Source: Selaginella moellendorffii
Lineage: Eukaryota; Plantae; Lycopodiophyta
Length of the DNA: 64,000 nt
Reading direction: 5' to 3'
Assembly: GCF_000143415.4 (NCBI RefSeq)
Contig: NW_003314303.1
Span: 713,467-777,466 of the forward strand
The notes under the pieces were generated by a model. That model worked only from the letters and a program-made list of their open reading frames with translations, had not been told where the DNA came from and did not search any database. The position numbers were made by a program, and so were the translations under genes. Shown piece by piece: positions 26,961 to 38,065 of the stretch (position 1 is its first letter; every line of letters starts with the position of its first letter).

Positions 26961-27276
26961 CTTGTAGACGCATAAACCACAGCTCACAACGCCGCTTACA
27001 CAAGCAGCGCTCACTGCGCTCAGCGGAACCAAGAACACGGCGCACAAAAATGATAGACCTAGGAATGAGTTCGAGAATTCAAAAATAACACACGCTTGAA
27101 CGTCACATCAAATCCTCTGACAAACCAGATCTTATGATTCCTCTGACAAATTTCAAACTGAGTAGCTTCTAGACTTTGCTGTCGGAGGTTGAACTTTGTC
27201 ACATCATGTCCTTGCCTCGATCCAGCTGTGCCATGTCAGTGATTCGAACTTTGCCATGCCATGTCAGCGATCCGCG

Positions 27277-28664
27277 CCAAGATTATTCGCCGTGTAAAGG
27301 AATAATTATGCTGTGTGTGTACGTCCATTTATGGCAATATAATGCCACATGCCATTCAAAGAATAATGCTAGTCGAGCATCTTTTGGTGCATTTTTGGGT
27401 TCAAAATTGCATGAGCCCACACGCTATAAAGTTTACCTGTACCAAAAATAGAAACAGCTTTATTTACTTGGGAATTTATATGGCTGAGGCATTTTTAAAC
27501 TTACAAACACATGCCCTACTTACATTCCTTTGGTTGCTTAAAATTCAAAAATATTATAAACCTTTCTTTTTGCATTTTCAATGTTTTCAATTATGGTTTT
27601 TGATTTTTGCAGGACCAGCCTAGTAATCTATTTGCATCCCGTCATGTTTATAGCTAGCTTTCGTTTGTCCCCTTCGCTAGCCTGAGATACATCTGCTCGG
27701 CATCTGCCTCTTACAGCATTTGCCCAGAAAGGGCATCTTTCTTCACGCAGCATTTGCCACATGTTTAGGGTTTAGGGTTTAGGGTTTAGGGTTTAGCAAT
27801 TCAGTAGCTTGATAAACATGCAAATACAGAACTTGATGCAAAATCCTTTGATATGTCACAATGCCCCTAGGACCATAAACACATTTCAATAGAGAGGGTC
27901 CTTTCATTTCATAACTCCTTACGTAGATCTTGGTGAAACCAGAGTTAGTGAAGTTGGTTTCTTGTGATCCCGCATCTGATTGTGATGTCCCTTTGCAGTG
28001 TCGATGGAAAGGTCAATGCACACCAAACTGTAGAATCTTGGAGCAAAATAACGGTCGGATCTATGGCAAATGCCCCTGAAACATTGTAAGGCTCGTGTGG
28101 TCTCATGTGGTGTCCGATCGAGATGCTTCTTTGCAGGGTCATCAAGAAGGACATTGTATACCATTCTGTAAAATCTAGTTGCGATCTAACGGTTGGATCT
28201 CCAGGAAACTCAAAACAATCTCGCGCGTGTTAGAATATTCTAGGAATATACTCCTATGTGCTCCAAGATTATTCGCCGTGTAAAGGAATAATTATGCTGT
28301 GTCATTTATGGCAATATAAGGCCACACGCCATTCAAAGAATAATGCTAGTCGAGCATTTTTTGGTGCATTTTTTGGTTCAAAATTGCATGAGCCCACACG
28401 CTATAAAGTTTACCTGTACCAAAAATAGAAACAGCTTTATTTACTTGGGAATTTAAGTGGTTGAGGCATTTTTAAACTTACAAACACATGCCCTACTTAC
28501 ATTCCTTTGGTTGCTTACATTCCTTTGGTTGCTAGCTTTCGTTTGTCCCCTTCACTAGCCTGAGATACATCTGCTCGGCATCTGCCTCTTACAGCATTTG
28601 CCCAGAAAGGGCATCTTTCTTCACGCAGCATTTGCCACATGTTTAGGGTTTAGGGTTTAGGGTT
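27277..28664 (+). repeat. Direct duplication (27277-27796 and 28263-28664), each copy ending in plant telomeric repeat (TTTAGGG)n
   Basis: Both blocks start ccaagattattcgccgtgtaaagg and end catttgccacatg(tttaggg)n; tracts at 27764-27796 and 28642-28664, the latter running into the N gap 28665-29437. Confidence 0.9.
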
Positions 28665-29569
28665 NNNNNNNNNNNNNNNNNNNNNNNNNNNNNNNNNNNN
28701 NNNNNNNNNNNNNNNNNNNNNNNNNNNNNNNNNNNNNNNNNNNNNNNNNNNNNNNNNNNNNNNNNNNNNNNNNNNNNNNNNNNNNNNNNNNNNNNNNNNN
28801 NNNNNNNNNNNNNNNNNNNNNNNNNNNNNNNNNNNNNNNNNNNNNNNNNNNNNNNNNNNNNNNNNNNNNNNNNNNNNNNNNNNNNNNNNNNNNNNNNNNN
28901 NNNNNNNNNNNNNNNNNNNNNNNNNNNNNNNNNNNNNNNNNNNNNNNNNNNNNNNNNNNNNNNNNNNNNNNNNNNNNNNNNNNNNNNNNNNNNNNNNNNN
29001 NNNNNNNNNNNNNNNNNNNNNNNNNNNNNNNNNNNNNNNNNNNNNNNNNNNNNNNNNNNNNNNNNNNNNNNNNNNNNNNNNNNNNNNNNNNNNNNNNNNN
29101 NNNNNNNNNNNNNNNNNNNNNNNNNNNNNNNNNNNNNNNNNNNNNNNNNNNNNNNNNNNNNNNNNNNNNNNNNNNNNNNNNNNNNNNNNNNNNNNNNNNN
29201 NNNNNNNNNNNNNNNNNNNNNNNNNNNNNNNNNNNNNNNNNNNNNNNNNNNNNNNNNNNNNNNNNNNNNNNNNNNNNNNNNNNNNNNNNNNNNNNNNNNN
29301 NNNNNNNNNNNNNNNNNNNNNNNNNNNNNNNNNNNNNNNNNNNNNNNNNNNNNNNNNNNNNNNNNNNNNNNNNNNNNNNNNNNNNNNNNNNNNNNNNNNN
29401 NNNNNNNNNNNNNNNNNNNNNNNNNNNNNNNNNNNNNGGATTCACGCATGCGCGCGCCGATCCAGAAATTAATGGTGGCGCCCAAGTCCGAGAAATGATG
29501 ACGTGGCGGGATTACCAACCGTCGTGACATTTCGCGCGTGTGAGGTTAGGTTTTGCATTTTGCTTCGTA

Positions 29570-29760
29570 CTCGCGCTCGCACACTCGCGCTCGCATCGCG
29601 CTCCCACTCGCGCTCGCATCGCGCTCCCACTCGCGCTCGCATCGCGCTCCCACTCGCGCTCGCATCGCGCTCCCACTCGCGCTCCCACTTCTCTACAGGT
29701 TTCTCGTGTGCATCGGCGTCCACTCGCGCTCGCATCGCGCTCGTGTGCATCGGCGTCCAC
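29570..29760. repeat. GC-rich 22-bp tandem repeat upstream of accessory gene
   Basis: cactcgcgctcgcatcgcgctc unit repeated ~5 times then degenerate. Confidence 0.85.
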
Positions 29761-30183
29761 TTCAAGACACACCCAGTTTGTAACTTCGCCGCCAACTCCG
29801 CCGCCCACTCCGGCACCCACACGCAGCCCACTTGGCGTCCCGGGAGATTTCAGCGCCACTCTCCAACTGTAAGTGGCAGAGTAGCCTTGCTGCTACAATC
29901 CGCTGCACACACAGTGCACATTCGCCAGCGAGTCCGGTTGTCACGCCTCCATTCGGCTTCAAATGGTAAGTCTTTTAGGCCAAGTAGAAAATGGCATGAG
30001 GCCACATGCCATTCAGTAGCAACATTGGCATGCACCGATTGGGCTCTCGAGTGCAGTCCGGTTACAGATGGCGTGTAGCCTCACGCCATCTTAGGATGCA
30101 GCCTCAAGACATCTGATGCAGTGGTGAATGGCGTGTGGCCTCACGTTATTTCCAGCTACTAGCTTTTCATCTGTCAGCTCTAA

Positions 30184-33100
30184 TTGTTGTGCATTTCTGA
30201 ACAGGCGAGGAATTGCGTTCTTCTTCCAGCCACTGTCAATGTGGATGTAGAGAAGGGGGAGGAGCTCACCAGTTGGACTTTCGGGATAGAAGGCGAGGAT
30301 CTGAGGCTGTACAACACAGATGGTGGGAGAAAAGAATGCATGGGGATCCTCATCCAAGTGACAGACACTCCATGCAGTTCCATGCAAGAATATGGACTGG
30401 CACTTGTGGTAGAGACAGCGTCTGCCTTCAAGATCCACCTTGCACATCCTAGCGGCTTCCCGGAGGGGGGCAGCGGCTATGAGGAATTCCTAGAGGGAGC
30501 TAGGGAGAGGTTGTCCAGGAGGCCCACAATTTCAAAGACGCTGCGGGTCTATGAAGATCACATGGAATCCACGGACCTCACCTACGGCGATGTTCAAAAA
30601 CTATATTCCAACATTGAGCCGTTGAGAGTGACTCCAGTTCGCGAAGCAAAGGGGAAGGGGGTCGATCTGGAAACTACCTCAAAGCAGAAAAGGGTGGTCA
30701 AGCTCAAGCCGACGTCCGACTCTCCTGCTCCAAAAAAGAAGCTACTCAGTGATGCCATTGCCTCGGGTTCGAACACTACACCCACCAAAAAGAAGAGCCG
30801 CAAAGAGCAGAAAGAGCAAGAAGAGGCAGCAAAAATCGTCGCAGATAATAGTACTTGTTACTATTCCAACAATGTATATACAATCGACGTGAGCCGTATC
30901 GACATCCAAAGCAAATACAACCACAGGCTAGTATCTGATGAGTGGGTGGAGAAACTGAAGCAGAAGATGCTGGCAAGTCCAGTAACACCCGACATCGCAG
31001 ACGTGATCCCCTACTACCGAACAATGAAGGGCGAGATGAGGTTTCCAGACTTGATCAATAGGAAGGTGTTGGACGATCAGAACATCCGGTTCTATGCCGT
31101 CTCCGGGCAGCATTCTAGCTTGGCGATGCAAGAGATAGTTGTGGATATTATGGTGGGCGAGGAGGTGAAGAAAGTCTTCAAGACAAGAGTTGTCCGCCTG
31201 ATAAAAGGCAACTCGCCCCTCCGATCTATCATATACATCTCCCACGCGCAGAATGTCAAGCAAGAAACGTGCTACAAATCGGGTCTGCACGAGACATTGG
31301 CACGAACACGGAAGCTCTGGGTTCAACTGAAGAAGCCACAAAAACCAGGACAAGGACGTGCACTAGCAACTAGCGCCTGGCAGGTAAGCCTCGTTGCATG
31401 TGGCATAGCATGTGGCCTCACGCCATTTCCATTGCAGGAATTCTCGAGTCTTCTCTCGAAAACACTGGGGGTCAATGACACACTCAGCATCCATAACATT
31501 CTACTCGCGACAAAAGTTGTTTTTGACAAATGGGTAGATGTGCTGAGGAGGTACCATGACGGGGAGTTGCCAAACTCAATGGGTGTGGAGGACGGCCGGA
31601 AGCCCAATGATTTGAAGCTCAACGCCTTGCGTTTCTCGCGGTCTCTAGACGACGACGACCTTCTGACAGTGGCTAATGCTCTTCTACGTGGTGAGGTAAT
31701 CTTCAACAAGACCAAAATGACTCTCGGCCATATTGTGACATACGAGGACTTGTGCACGACTCTGAGAGCTCGTGCGCTATTGAAGGATTGGATCTTTGAG
31801 CAAGTGGCCGTGGAGAGGGTGAGCATCGACACCACGCAAGAGATGATGGAAGCGCTGGAGTTGTCAAATGAAGACATCGACGAGTACGTGAAGGGGGCCC
31901 CCAAGTTCATCGATCTGCTGCGGGATGCCACGAAAAGTAAAGCTGAGAAGTTGGATCAGTATCCAAATTTCATTAAGATTGATGTCGACCGCCGGCTTTA
32001 GAAACAGCTCGACCCCGCAGCAGAGGCCTATCGAGAACCTTACCGGGTATACTTGAATTCGGATGAGGATCAAAGGTGGAGGAGCATCGTTTCCCGCGGA
32101 GATGAGCAGATCAAGAACATCTTTTGTGTGATGGACTTCACAAACAAGGAGATCACTCATGCAGACGAAGTCAGCTCCATCATTGACTTAATGGTGGGAC
32201 TTGCGGAGGTGGAATCTTCAGTCCACTATATGATCTACGACTCCGAATCCTATCACAAGTTCTGGAAGGTCTTGAACGAGGTGAAGGCTCGGTTGAAAGG
32301 CAAGGAGATGCGGGAGATCCATGGGATAATGGCTAAGAAGAAGATACCGACGAATGTCCGCATCTTCACACTCGCCCTTGTTATTGGTCCTGCAGCAGAG
32401 TGGGACTGGAGTGACTTCCCAGCTTCGTTCGACAAGGCCAATCGAATTGATCTGAGGGAGGTCAATTTACCCGTGCCTGAGGAACTGAAGACGGCTATGG
32501 AGCTTTCGAATCCAAAGAAAGCTCCAGGTGCAGCATGGGAAATGCTCAGCTGGGTCTTCAACGCAATAGCGGGTGGGTCATCTGCTTCCGACTCCAAGGG
32601 CAAATGCGTTGTCGAGTACAACTGCGGCGGACTATTCTTTCGAGCCGCACTACTCAAGGGTGTCCCTTGTGTTGCGGTGACAAACTCCATTGAAGAGATG
32701 ACTTCAATGGAGCATATAATTACAGTTGCCAAAGAAAAACAGTATCTTCTCTGCGAACCTGGTGAGTACACACTTTAAGTTTAAATGTTATCTCACAAGC
32801 TCTGTATGCAGGAGCATGGCCACCCCCAGATGCTGAAACGGCGTTAACAGCTACTTTTGAAGATACCCATGTTGGGCCGAGCTCACAACCTGCACAAGGT
32901 AAGGTCACGTGAGGCCTCACGCCATTTTGATTATAGATCGTTGTGAATATTTAGACACGAGGACTGAAAAGCGCACTGGTGGCGCATCGAAGAAGGACAA
33001 ACAGAAAAGCAATAGGAAAAAAGGAGGTACAAATTATATTTGCAATGGCGTGTGGTCTCATGCCATTCCTTGCAGGAGAAACTTCTTCAAAGGCAAAACA

Positions 33101-35585
33101 GGCAAGCACCAGCCAAGCTCAAACTGACAGTGGTCATAAAAAGCGAAAGCACGTTGGACAGTCGTCGAGATCAGAGGCGTTTGATTCGAAAAGGAAGAAG
33201 GGCAACGAAAAGATGATAGGTAATGCCTCGCGGTTATGGCGTGTGTGCTCATGCCATTCATTGCAGATCAAGGGCTGAGTGAAAGCAGGCAGTCACCACC
33301 TCATGACTCAGATTCCTATGGCGGACTCCCCTTCCCCAATCTCAATGGAGAGGTACAATGGATGAGGGAAGCTTTTCAAGGCAGGGCCACGTTTTTCTCA
33401 TCTCGTCGTCTTCGAAGGGTGCAAGAACGTGCAGAAACCATGTTAAGACAGTCGGGTGAGGATACGGTCCTAGGTCACGCACTAAAACAAGCTATGGATG
33501 TCTTGTATTTTGAGATGGAGACTCGGCCAGATGATTTTCCCAAGATGGTCCTGGAAGAACAAGCCATCCAGCCTGAGCAGCCTATGGAAGAAATGCAGGA
33601 GGGGGATGAGGAGCCAGAGAAAGATAATGAGCAAGAAGAGCAGAAGGACGAAGAGGAGGACAAAGAAGAGGAGGACAAAGAAGAGGAGGACGAAGAGGAC
33701 TTGGATGGTCCTCACAATGGTCACGATCACAATAACGACGACGACGATGATGACGACGATGGCCAGCCTGAGGTGGCCAAAGAGCGGCGGAGGAAGGTCA
33801 TACAAGACAAACCATCAGGTAAATAATAATACATCCATTCCTAACCTTTTACCATTTCTAACATTGTCCATGTAGGTCGCAGAGCAAATGGTAAGTAGAG
33901 ATTATTCAGTTGAATTTACAAACTCTAGCCTTTAGTGTCGAGGAAGGATAGTGCCAAGCAAGGGTCGAAACGTATGTCCAATCCTTCAGAATCAGCAGTG
34001 CGCTCAAGTGATATCGGTCCTAGTTCCTCAATAGCAGTTGATGGTAAATACAGTATAGTCGATTCAATGTGCTAATGAGTTTGTTTTTAGTAGCACGGGA
34101 GGATACCATCTCAATCGAAGGGAGATATTTGGACATGCATATGGATCCGCCAGTGGACTCTACTTGGCTGCAAGAGTCATCAGAGCTGGTGGAGGCTACT
34201 ATCCATATCAACGCCAAGCAAACTGACCACGCTCCACTTGATGCTGCCCATACCACTGAGTCAATCTTGTCCACGTATCCAACTGACGGTGACCAGGCGC
34301 CATTGGACCCACATGAGGCCGCCCCAGCCGCCGAGCCGGTCGTATCCTCATTTCCAACGGACTCAACGTGTGCCCAATCGTCTGACTACGCGCCGTTGGA
34401 ACCTCCCTACACCGCCCCTGCTGCTTGTTCGGTCATGTCCACTTTGCCAACGGAGGCACCAGCTGAAATGGCGTGTGATCACACGCCATCGGAACCACCC
34501 CATGCCACTGTTGAGCCAGTTGTACCAGAGTCTACAGCTGAAATGGCATGTGCCCACACGCCATCGGATGCGATTGACCCCACATTGCAGAGGAGAGTAT
34601 TTCCGCCCTTCACGTTTCCTCGACCAAAACCCTCTCAACGACCATCGGGAGCAACATTCGCTAATATTGTAGATGGTAAAATTGACTTGTACCATTTTTT
34701 ATGCTGACGCATTTCATTTCAGAGTCACGGCGAAGGTACTGTATCGTTTTTGATCTGAACGGTGTCCTTTTCTCCCATGAGCGTGGCTCGTCCTCGAATG
34801 TCATTGCACCCTCCAAAGCCTGCGGTCGCAAGTTGGTCAAAAGAGACAGATTCACATTAATCACACGGGAGAAACTGCGGGATCTAATAATGACCATGCG
34901 ACACTTAAAACAGAGGGCCGGGTTCAATTTGCAATTGGGAGTTTGGACATCCATGATGCGCCACAATGCATTAACGTTGCTACAGATGATGCACGATCAG
35001 ACGCGAGTAATATTACCATTTGACTTTCTCCTAACGCAGGAGGATTGCTTGACTATGGTCCATGTGAGGGGTAGCAAGCCCATCTTCGTCAAGCCAGAGG
35101 CTGTAGTGATGAACCGGACTGCTAGCTCAAGTGAAATCCTCATCATCGATGACTCGCCGATTAAAACTGCAGCGAACACGCACACATATGCAGTGCACCC
35201 CATCTCTTGCAGTATGGAAACTAGGGAGAAGAAACCGTATGTTCTGGGGGACCTTGCAAAACGGCTTGGAGCGATGGTGATAGAGAACCGGCCAGTCCAG
35301 GAGGTGGCTGCAGAAATCAACCAAATGGCAGATGGAACGGTATATCAGAAGCCATTTGATCGGACAGACACCAGTCATCATTTATGGCATGTATATTGTC
35401 TAGCCAAGCACTATCCGCATCTCCATAATCTGCTCAACCGGATGGGTTCTTCGACCACTGAACATGAGCGTGGACGTATTAGAGAAGAGATGGCATTACT
35501 ATTGGGTTTAAATCCTGATAGTGTGGAGAGTGATGAAATTCCAAGATTATTGTATAGGCGTTGGAGGCAAAAAATAACAGTCTGA
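30184..35585 (+). CDS. Large multi-exon transposon accessory gene: ParB-like region, degenerate N6/N4-MTase-like region, K-rich/acidic/P-rich linkers, C-terminal HAD (FCP1/NIF-like) domain; one nonsense codon at 31999-32001
   Basis: ORFs 30184-32001 and 32053-32778 share a frame; GT-AG introns (31384-31437, 32899-32954, 33027-33075, 33220-33266 and others) chain the exons; motifs YTIDVSRIDI..YNHRL..FYAVSGQHSSLAM, CVVEYNCGGLFFRAALLKGVPCVAV, IVFDLNGVL/VWTS/FVKP/ILIIDDSPIK; 5' start uncertain. Confidence 0.65.
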
Positions 35586-36940
35586 GATGGCATGTATTTA
35601 TTTAAAAATGTAACTTATTATGGCATGGTGTTCCATGCAATTGTATTAATATTAAAAGACAATTCTTTGAGAGGATTTGCATTATACTAGAAGTGTTACA
35701 GCATGTTATTGGAAGTCTACGAAGTTGTTTTATTAATAATGGGAAAGTAAAGATTGAATGGGGACTTGGGCTCCACCTAGACTCGGAGCAACTGAGCCAA
35801 TATTAAAAGGATGGAAAGAAATTGGACGACGATGACAAGGAGAAGAGAGAGGTGAAGCAGTGGCAGGGGGAGGAGAAGTGATTGAGTAGACATTTCCTTG
35901 TTTAAAATAAAATGGCATGTGCCTCAATGCAGTTGAATTTTGTTATATTTATATACTATATAAAGGTTTGGAAACCTTATTTTACAAGTGGGATAATGAC
36001 AATTCCCACTTTAACGAAATAGAGCTTATAGAGTTGATACGAACTCAAGACTTAGATTCTTGAATTTTTGCCACAGGGTGTGGAAGAGCCATCACAGCAG
36101 ATGCCTGAACTATATCCACAATGGATTCCACAACATGCACCTTAGCATTCTTTGATCCCTTCATAAGAGGACAATCCTTGCCATGATGTTCAGCCTTGTG
36201 ACAACAAAAAAAATTGCCCTCCACCTTGTCTTTCTCTCGTTGGTCTAACCGATGTCTTTTTGCCTTATTACCATCTCCACTCTTCATGCTTTATTACCAT
36301 CTCCACTCTTCAAGCTATGACGAAACAACAGCCGTTTCTTCCCTGAAGATGAAGTATTGGTGGGTTGGTCATCACATGGACTACCCGGGAGACCATCCTT
36401 TTGACCAGAGTTGACCAAGTTGACCAACGGTTTAGGCGAAAAGATTTGAGCCTTAGTGATAGCACCAGTCAATGTTGCTGGAAAATCCTTCTTGACCTTT
36501 TGCTGCACATCCACTAAGCTCAATCCTTTAATGAAACAGTGCACCTTTAACAGCTCATTATAGGTGCCCGTGAGACTAAGGCAAAGATCACGGAACTTGC
36601 GGGCATACCCATCTAAAGACAAAGTCCCTTGCCGGATCTCTAACAGCTGGTTCACGAGATTAACCTCTTCAAACTTCTTGACAAACGAAGTGTGGAAAAC
36701 CTTTGTCAAATCTGTCTAAGAAGTTGGCTTCGGATTATCTTTAATGTAGTTCTTCCATCATGAAGAAGCATGGCCCATAAGCTTCGTTACAAAGAAATCT
36801 ATCTTCACCTTATCCTCACAAAGATTGTGAGACCAACAACTTTCCCACAATTCCAACCAAGAATCAACTTCTTGACTATCACAAACATCTGATGAAGATT
36901 TCCATTCCATGATACCATAATCCTTGGCATGCTTGACATA

Positions 36941-37867
36941 GAGTAAAGATTGCATTGCTACTCAAAGGCATCGAGCACGATGATCTCCCCTAGGACCTGA
37001 AGAACAAGGGCCAGCTCCTGCTCGAATCCAATCCAATCCACTGTAAGCAACCAAAGGGAACGACTTGAGAGACGATCCATGGGGTTCAAATATAGAGGGA
37101 AAGGGCCCATGAATAAGAGTGCACCCCCTTTTCCAATCGGTTAAGGGTCTTGGGATATTTGGGGTTAAGCGTCCTTGGGTTTGAATAGTACTGGGCTAGA
37201 TGACCTCCCAGGAAGTCCAAACTCAGAAGTTTACATTTGGTATCGGAGTGGTTTTGGGTCCAACTCTGTTGGTTAGTTAGGGGAATCACACCACATGTTG
37301 ATTGACATCTGATTGACATCTAGCTGGTCCAGTTTGCTCCCACTGGGCTTGACCCGAGGGGTAGGGTGTCAAGAGAGCGGGGCTCTTGGGAGAGCTGCGG
37401 CTCTCAGCTTCCGTTCACGAGGGCATGAATTTGTAGGGAAGTGTGGTGGATTGTAAGCAACCAAAGGCAACGACTTAAGAGACGATCCATGGGGTTCAAA
37501 TATAGAGGGAAAGGGCCCATGAATAAGAGTGCACCCCCTTTTCCAATCGGTTAAGGGTCTTGGGATATTTGGGGTTAAGCGTTCTTGGGTTTGAATAGTA
37601 CTGGGCTGGGTGACCTCCCAGGAAGTCCAAACTCAGGAGTTTACATCCACAAGAAGGTCTTGGTTCTCATCCACAATGGGAAGCCCATTGTGGAATCAAT
37701 CATTATTGTTTAGTACATCGACAAGGTCTAGTGCGGAGAATCTCCATTGCTGCCTTCAGACGCTCTCCTCCGTGCAGACGCTCTCCTCCGTGCAGAGTGT
37801 CACTTCTGGACGGATTTCATTGACAAGAAGGTATGCGTCTCTAGAGCCATACATCCCTGATGTGATC
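36941..37867 (+). pseudogene. Type-c tau GST fragment in inverted orientation, interrupted by TRIM and abutting element B LTR
   Basis: Reverse-complement match to 54023-54305 (RVKIALLLKGIEHDDLP..ESNPIH/KK..). Confidence 0.85.
37042..37645 (+). mobile_element. Cassandra-type TRIM: LTRs 37042-37235 and 37452-37645 containing 5S rRNA-derived segment
   Basis: TG..CA 194-bp LTRs, PBS TGGTATCGGAG, purine tract before LTR2, TSD TCCAC; LTR segment gttaagcgttcttggg..aatagtactgggctgggtgacctcccaggaagtcc matches 5S box A-C region. Confidence 0.9.
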
Positions 37868-38065
37868 TGAAATGAACAAGAGAGTGAACCCTAGGCCAAC
37901 CTCCCAACCCTTAAGGCGTTATGGCCTTAAATCCCACATGCCATGGAATATTCTTAGAATATTCCTGTGGTTTGTGTCATTCTCCCCTCCCTCATGACCC
38001 AGCCACATATGGTAGCCTCGAGAAGCTAAACGAGCCTCACATAAAGGGAGTCCAAGCCAATATGG
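37868..38065 (-). mobile_element. Other part of element B 3' LTR (host site of element A)
   Basis: Starts TG exactly where GST homology ends; ends in TATGG, the TSD partner of 17211-17215. Confidence 0.7.

Larger units (their letters stand above)
22711..36027. mobile_element. 13.3-kb TIR DNA transposon with Sola1-like DDE transposase and large accessory gene
   Basis: Perfect 24-bp TIR AAGCTCTATTTCGTTAAAGTGGGA (22711-22734 / 36004-36027), TSD ATAG (22707-22710 / 36028-36031); excision puts element B gag and protease back in one frame. Confidence 0.88.
17211..36940 (-). mobile_element. Ty3/gypsy chromovirus element B (decayed, 5'-truncated): gag 36045-36940, protease 22248-22710, RT/RNaseH/IN/chromo 17377-20345, part of 3' LTR 17211-17379
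   Basis: Zn knuckle CCHKAEHHGKDC, ILFDPSATHNF, KIDLRQGYHQ/YFDD, ETDASD, HPQSDGQTE, VQWNGYS..ATWE; PPT GAGGAAGGGGAGAAT then TG at 17379. Confidence 0.88.

Noticed and set aside
28642-28664. True chromosome end
   Set aside because: Lies between matching TIRs with the host element continuing on both sides, so it is interstitial unless mis-scaffolded
28643-29530. ORFs spanning N runs (also 61152-62491)
   Set aside because: Created by assembly gaps
29570-29760. Possible CRISPR array (22-bp repeats here, and the dispersed palindromes)
   Set aside because: Repeats are head-to-tail with no unique spacers; palindromes are irregularly spaced; no cas genes; eukaryotic context
22692-36045. Alternative transposon boundaries using a GAACT direct repeat (22692-22696 / 36041-36045) as TSD
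   Set aside because: Gives mismatched termini and does not restore the host frame; the ATAG boundaries give perfect TIRs and an in-frame empty site
37164-37218. 5S rRNA gene
   Set aside because: Only a ~55-nt internal segment embedded in LTRs; not a 120-nt gene
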